Below, piece after piece: positions 39,971-41,959 of a stretch of DNA of 41,959 nt; within the stretch, counting starts at the first letter, position 1, and the number at the start of each line of letters is the position of its first letter. Below the pieces are notes generated by a model, which was given only the letters and a program-made list of their open reading frames with translations, made no database searches and was not told the DNA's origin. The position numbers and the translations under genes were made by a program. The stretch comes from Elusimicrobiota bacterium. GTDB taxonomy: Bacteria > Elusimicrobiota > Elusimicrobia > UBA1565 > UBA9628. The stretch is from NCBI GenBank assembly GCA_041660645.1, contig JBAZVY010000001.1, forward strand, positions 25,164 to 67,122. The letters are read 5' to 3'.

Positions 39971-41959
39971 ATGCCATCATCGGTTCTGACCAGAAAGTCC
40001 AGCGCAGCCTCGTCCAAGCCGGCCAAGATCGGCAAGTGCGTATATTTCTTCGGCGGCGGCAAAGCCGACGGCAACGAATCCATGAAGAATCTGCTCGGCG
40101 GCAAAGGCGCCAACCTCGCCGAGATGGCCGGCCACTCCGACCTGCGCCTGCCCGTGCCCCCGGGATTCACCATAACCACCGAGGTCTGCACCTACTATTG
40201 GCAGAACAAGCGCGCCTATCCCAAGGGCCTCAAGGAGCTGGTCTCCGACAATCTGGCCCGCATCGAAAAACTCATGGGCAAGAAGTTCGGCGACGCCGCC
40301 AACCCCCTGCTCGTATCCGTGCGCTCCGGCGCGCGCAAATCAATGCCGGGCATGATGGAGACCATCCTCAACGTGGGCCTCACCGAGAAGACCATCCCCG
40401 GACTGGTGGCCCAGACCAAGAACGAACGCTTCGTATACGACGCCTACCGCCGCCTGATCATGATGTACTCCGACGTGGTCATGGAAAAAGCCGCGGGCAT
40501 CACCCCGGCCGAGGACCAAGGCATCCGCCGCCAGCTTGAACACATCATGAATGAAGTCAAGGCGCGCCGGGGCGTGAAGCAGGACACCGAACTCAGCGTC
40601 AAGGATCTTAAGGAACTCTGCGTCAAGTTCAAGGCCCAAGTCCTCGCGACCCTAGGCAAGCCCTTCCCGGACGAACCCGTGGAACAGCTCTGGGGCTCGG
40701 TCGGCGCCGTGTTCGCCTCTTGGATGGGCAAGCGCGCCATCTCCTACCGCAAGATCGAAGGCATCCCCGAAGAATGGGGCACCGCGGTCAACGTGCAGAG
40801 CATGGTGTTCGGAAACATGGGCGATGACTGCGCCACGGGCGTGGGCTTTACCCGCAACCCCGGCACCGGCGACGAACGCTTCTATGGCGAGTTCCTGGTC
40901 AACGCCCAGGGCGAAGACGTGGTGGCCGGCATCCGCACCCCCGCGCCCATCAACGAGGCTTCCCGCAGCGACCAGTCCAAGAACCTCAAGAGCCTGGAAA
41001 GCCTCATGCCCGCGGCCTACAAGGAACTCGCGGACATCGTAGAGCGCCTGGAACAGCACTACCGGGACATGCTCGACATCGAGTTCACCATCGAGCGCGG
41101 CCAGCTATTCATGCTGCAATGCCGCGTGGGCAAGCGCAACGGTCCGGCGGCGGTCAAGATCGCCCTGGATATGCTGCGCGACAAGCTCATCACCAAGGAA
41201 GAAGCGGTGATGCGCGTCACCCCCTCCCAGCTCGACGAACTCCTCCACCCCGTGGTGGACCCGGCGGCCGAGGCTACGCATAAGCCTATCGCCAAGGGCT
41301 TGCCCGCGGGCCCGGGCGGCGCCAAGGGCATGATCGTGTTCACCGCCCAGGATGCCGTGAACTGGGCCAAGACCGGCAAACAGGTCATACTCGTCCGAGA
41401 GGAGACCAACCCCGAGGACGTGGAAGGCATGCGCGCAGCGCAAGCCATCCTCACCGCCCGCGGCGGCATGACCTCGCACGCGGCCCTGGTGGCCCGGGGC
41501 TGGGGCAAGTGCTGCGTGGTCGGCTGCGGCATGCTCGAGATCGACTCCCAGAAGAAGACCATGTCCGTAGACGGCAAGACCCTGACCGAAGGGGCCTGGA
41601 TATCCTTGAACGGCTCCCGGGGCCTGGTCTACGAGGGCAGCCTGCCCATGCGCGACGCCAGCGAGTCCAACAAGATGCTGGAGGACTTCCTCAAGATCTG
41701 CAACTCCCTGCGCCGGCTCAAAGTCCGCGCCAACGCGGACACTCCGGAAGACGCGGCCCGCGCCCGACGCTTCGGCGCCGAAGGCATCGGCCTGTTCCGC
41801 GTGGAACACATGTTCTACGGCAAAGGCTCGGAGCAGCCCCTGTTCAAGCTGCGCAAGATGATCGTATCCAAGACCGAGGCGGAACGCCGCCGGGCCCTGG
41901 ATGAACTCTTCCCGCACGTGAAGGGCGACATCAAGGCCACGCTCAAGGCCATGGACGGC
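39971..41959 (+). CDS. ppdK: pyruvate, phosphate dikinase (N-terminal about 663 codons; 3' end lies outside the window)
   Basis: The frame is open from ATG 39971 to the window edge, which is why it is absent from the ORF track. My translation gives KCVYFFGGGKADGNESMKNLLGGKGANLAEMAG, SVRSGARKSMPGMMETILNVGL, and the catalytic His context TARGGMTSHAALVARGWGK. Confidence 0.95.
   Translation, partial: MPSSVLTRKSSAASSKPAKIGKCVYFFGGGKADGNESMKNLLGGKGANLAEMAGHSDLRLPVPPGFTITTEVCTYYWQNKRAYPKGLKELVSDNLARIEKLMGKKFGDAANPLLVSVRSGARKSMPGMMETILNVGLTEKTIPGLVAQTKNERFVYDAYRRLIMMYSDVVMEKAAGITPAEDQGIRRQLEHIMNEVKARRGVKQDTELSVKDLKELCVKFKAQVLATLGKPFPDEPVEQLWGSVGAVFASWMGKRAISYRKIEGIPEEWGTAVNVQSMVFGNMGDDCATGVGFTRNPGTGDERFYGEFLVNAQGEDVVAGIRTPAPINEASRSDQSKNLKSLESLMPAAYKELADIVERLEQHYRDMLDIEFTIERGQLFMLQCRVGKRNGPAAVKIALDMLRDKLITKEEAVMRVTPSQLDELLHPVVDPAAEATHKPIAKGLPAGPGGAKGMIVFTAQDAVNWAKTGKQVILVREETNPEDVEGMRAAQAILTARGGMTSHAALVARGWGKCCVVGCGMLEIDSQKKTMSVDGKTLTEGAWISLNGSRGLVYEGSLPMRDASESNKMLEDFLKICNSLRRLKVRANADTPEDAARARRFGAEGIGLFRVEHMFYGKGSEQPLFKLRKMIVSKTEAERRRALDELFPHVKGDIKATLKAMDG

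Noticed and set aside
1-41959. Genomic island, prophage or mobile element content.
   Set aside because: I recognised no integrase, transposase, recombinase, phage structural gene, tRNA attachment site or flanking direct repeat. Base composition looks uniform apart from short promoter spacers.

Overview
The window is GC-rich bacterial chromosomal DNA, with G/C at most third codon positions, and is almost fully coding (about 45 CDSs). I found no rRNA, tRNA, CRISPR array, transposase or integrase. The LolCDE-type lipoprotein sorting genes, a beta-barrel OMP candidate and many signal peptides point to a diderm organism, but I cannot place the lineage from sequence alone. Recognisable housekeeping genes include udk, a dGTPase-like HD hydrolase, ndk, murQ, lysS, lolE/lolD, ilvE, xth, mgtE, mcsA/mcsB, pit plus its DUF47 partner, GTP-dependent PEP carboxykinase and ppdK (which runs off the 3' edge). 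Genes sit in long co-directional strings with overlapping stop/start codons (ATGA, GTGA, TTGA). The regions most worth follow-up are: (1) a minus-strand cluster (1515-5535) where two orphan CheY-type receivers bracket three exported proteins of unknown function: one with a JAB/MPN-like HxHP...SxxD motif, one with HExxH...E, and one with a CsgG/FlgO/LpoB-like domain. (2) An AmmeMemoRadiSam-type radical SAM enzyme without AMMECR1/Memo partners in the window, translationally coupled to a polytopic membrane protein carrying a spermidine-synthase-like domain (12170-15495), at the end of an eight-gene overlapping string. (3) A 569-aa exported protein with three tandem subtilase-propeptide-like modules and no protease domain. 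(4) A receiver-histidine kinase hybrid with apparently degenerate ATP-binding boxes, followed by unknown proteins and a tandem CheY duplication; the window holds six receiver domains and no recognisable DNA-binding output. (5) A recurring promoter geometry, with a -10 box 6-9 nt upstream of an ATG, which suggests that many operon-leading genes are transcribed as leaderless mRNAs. All family assignments come from motif recognition by eye; no database search was run.
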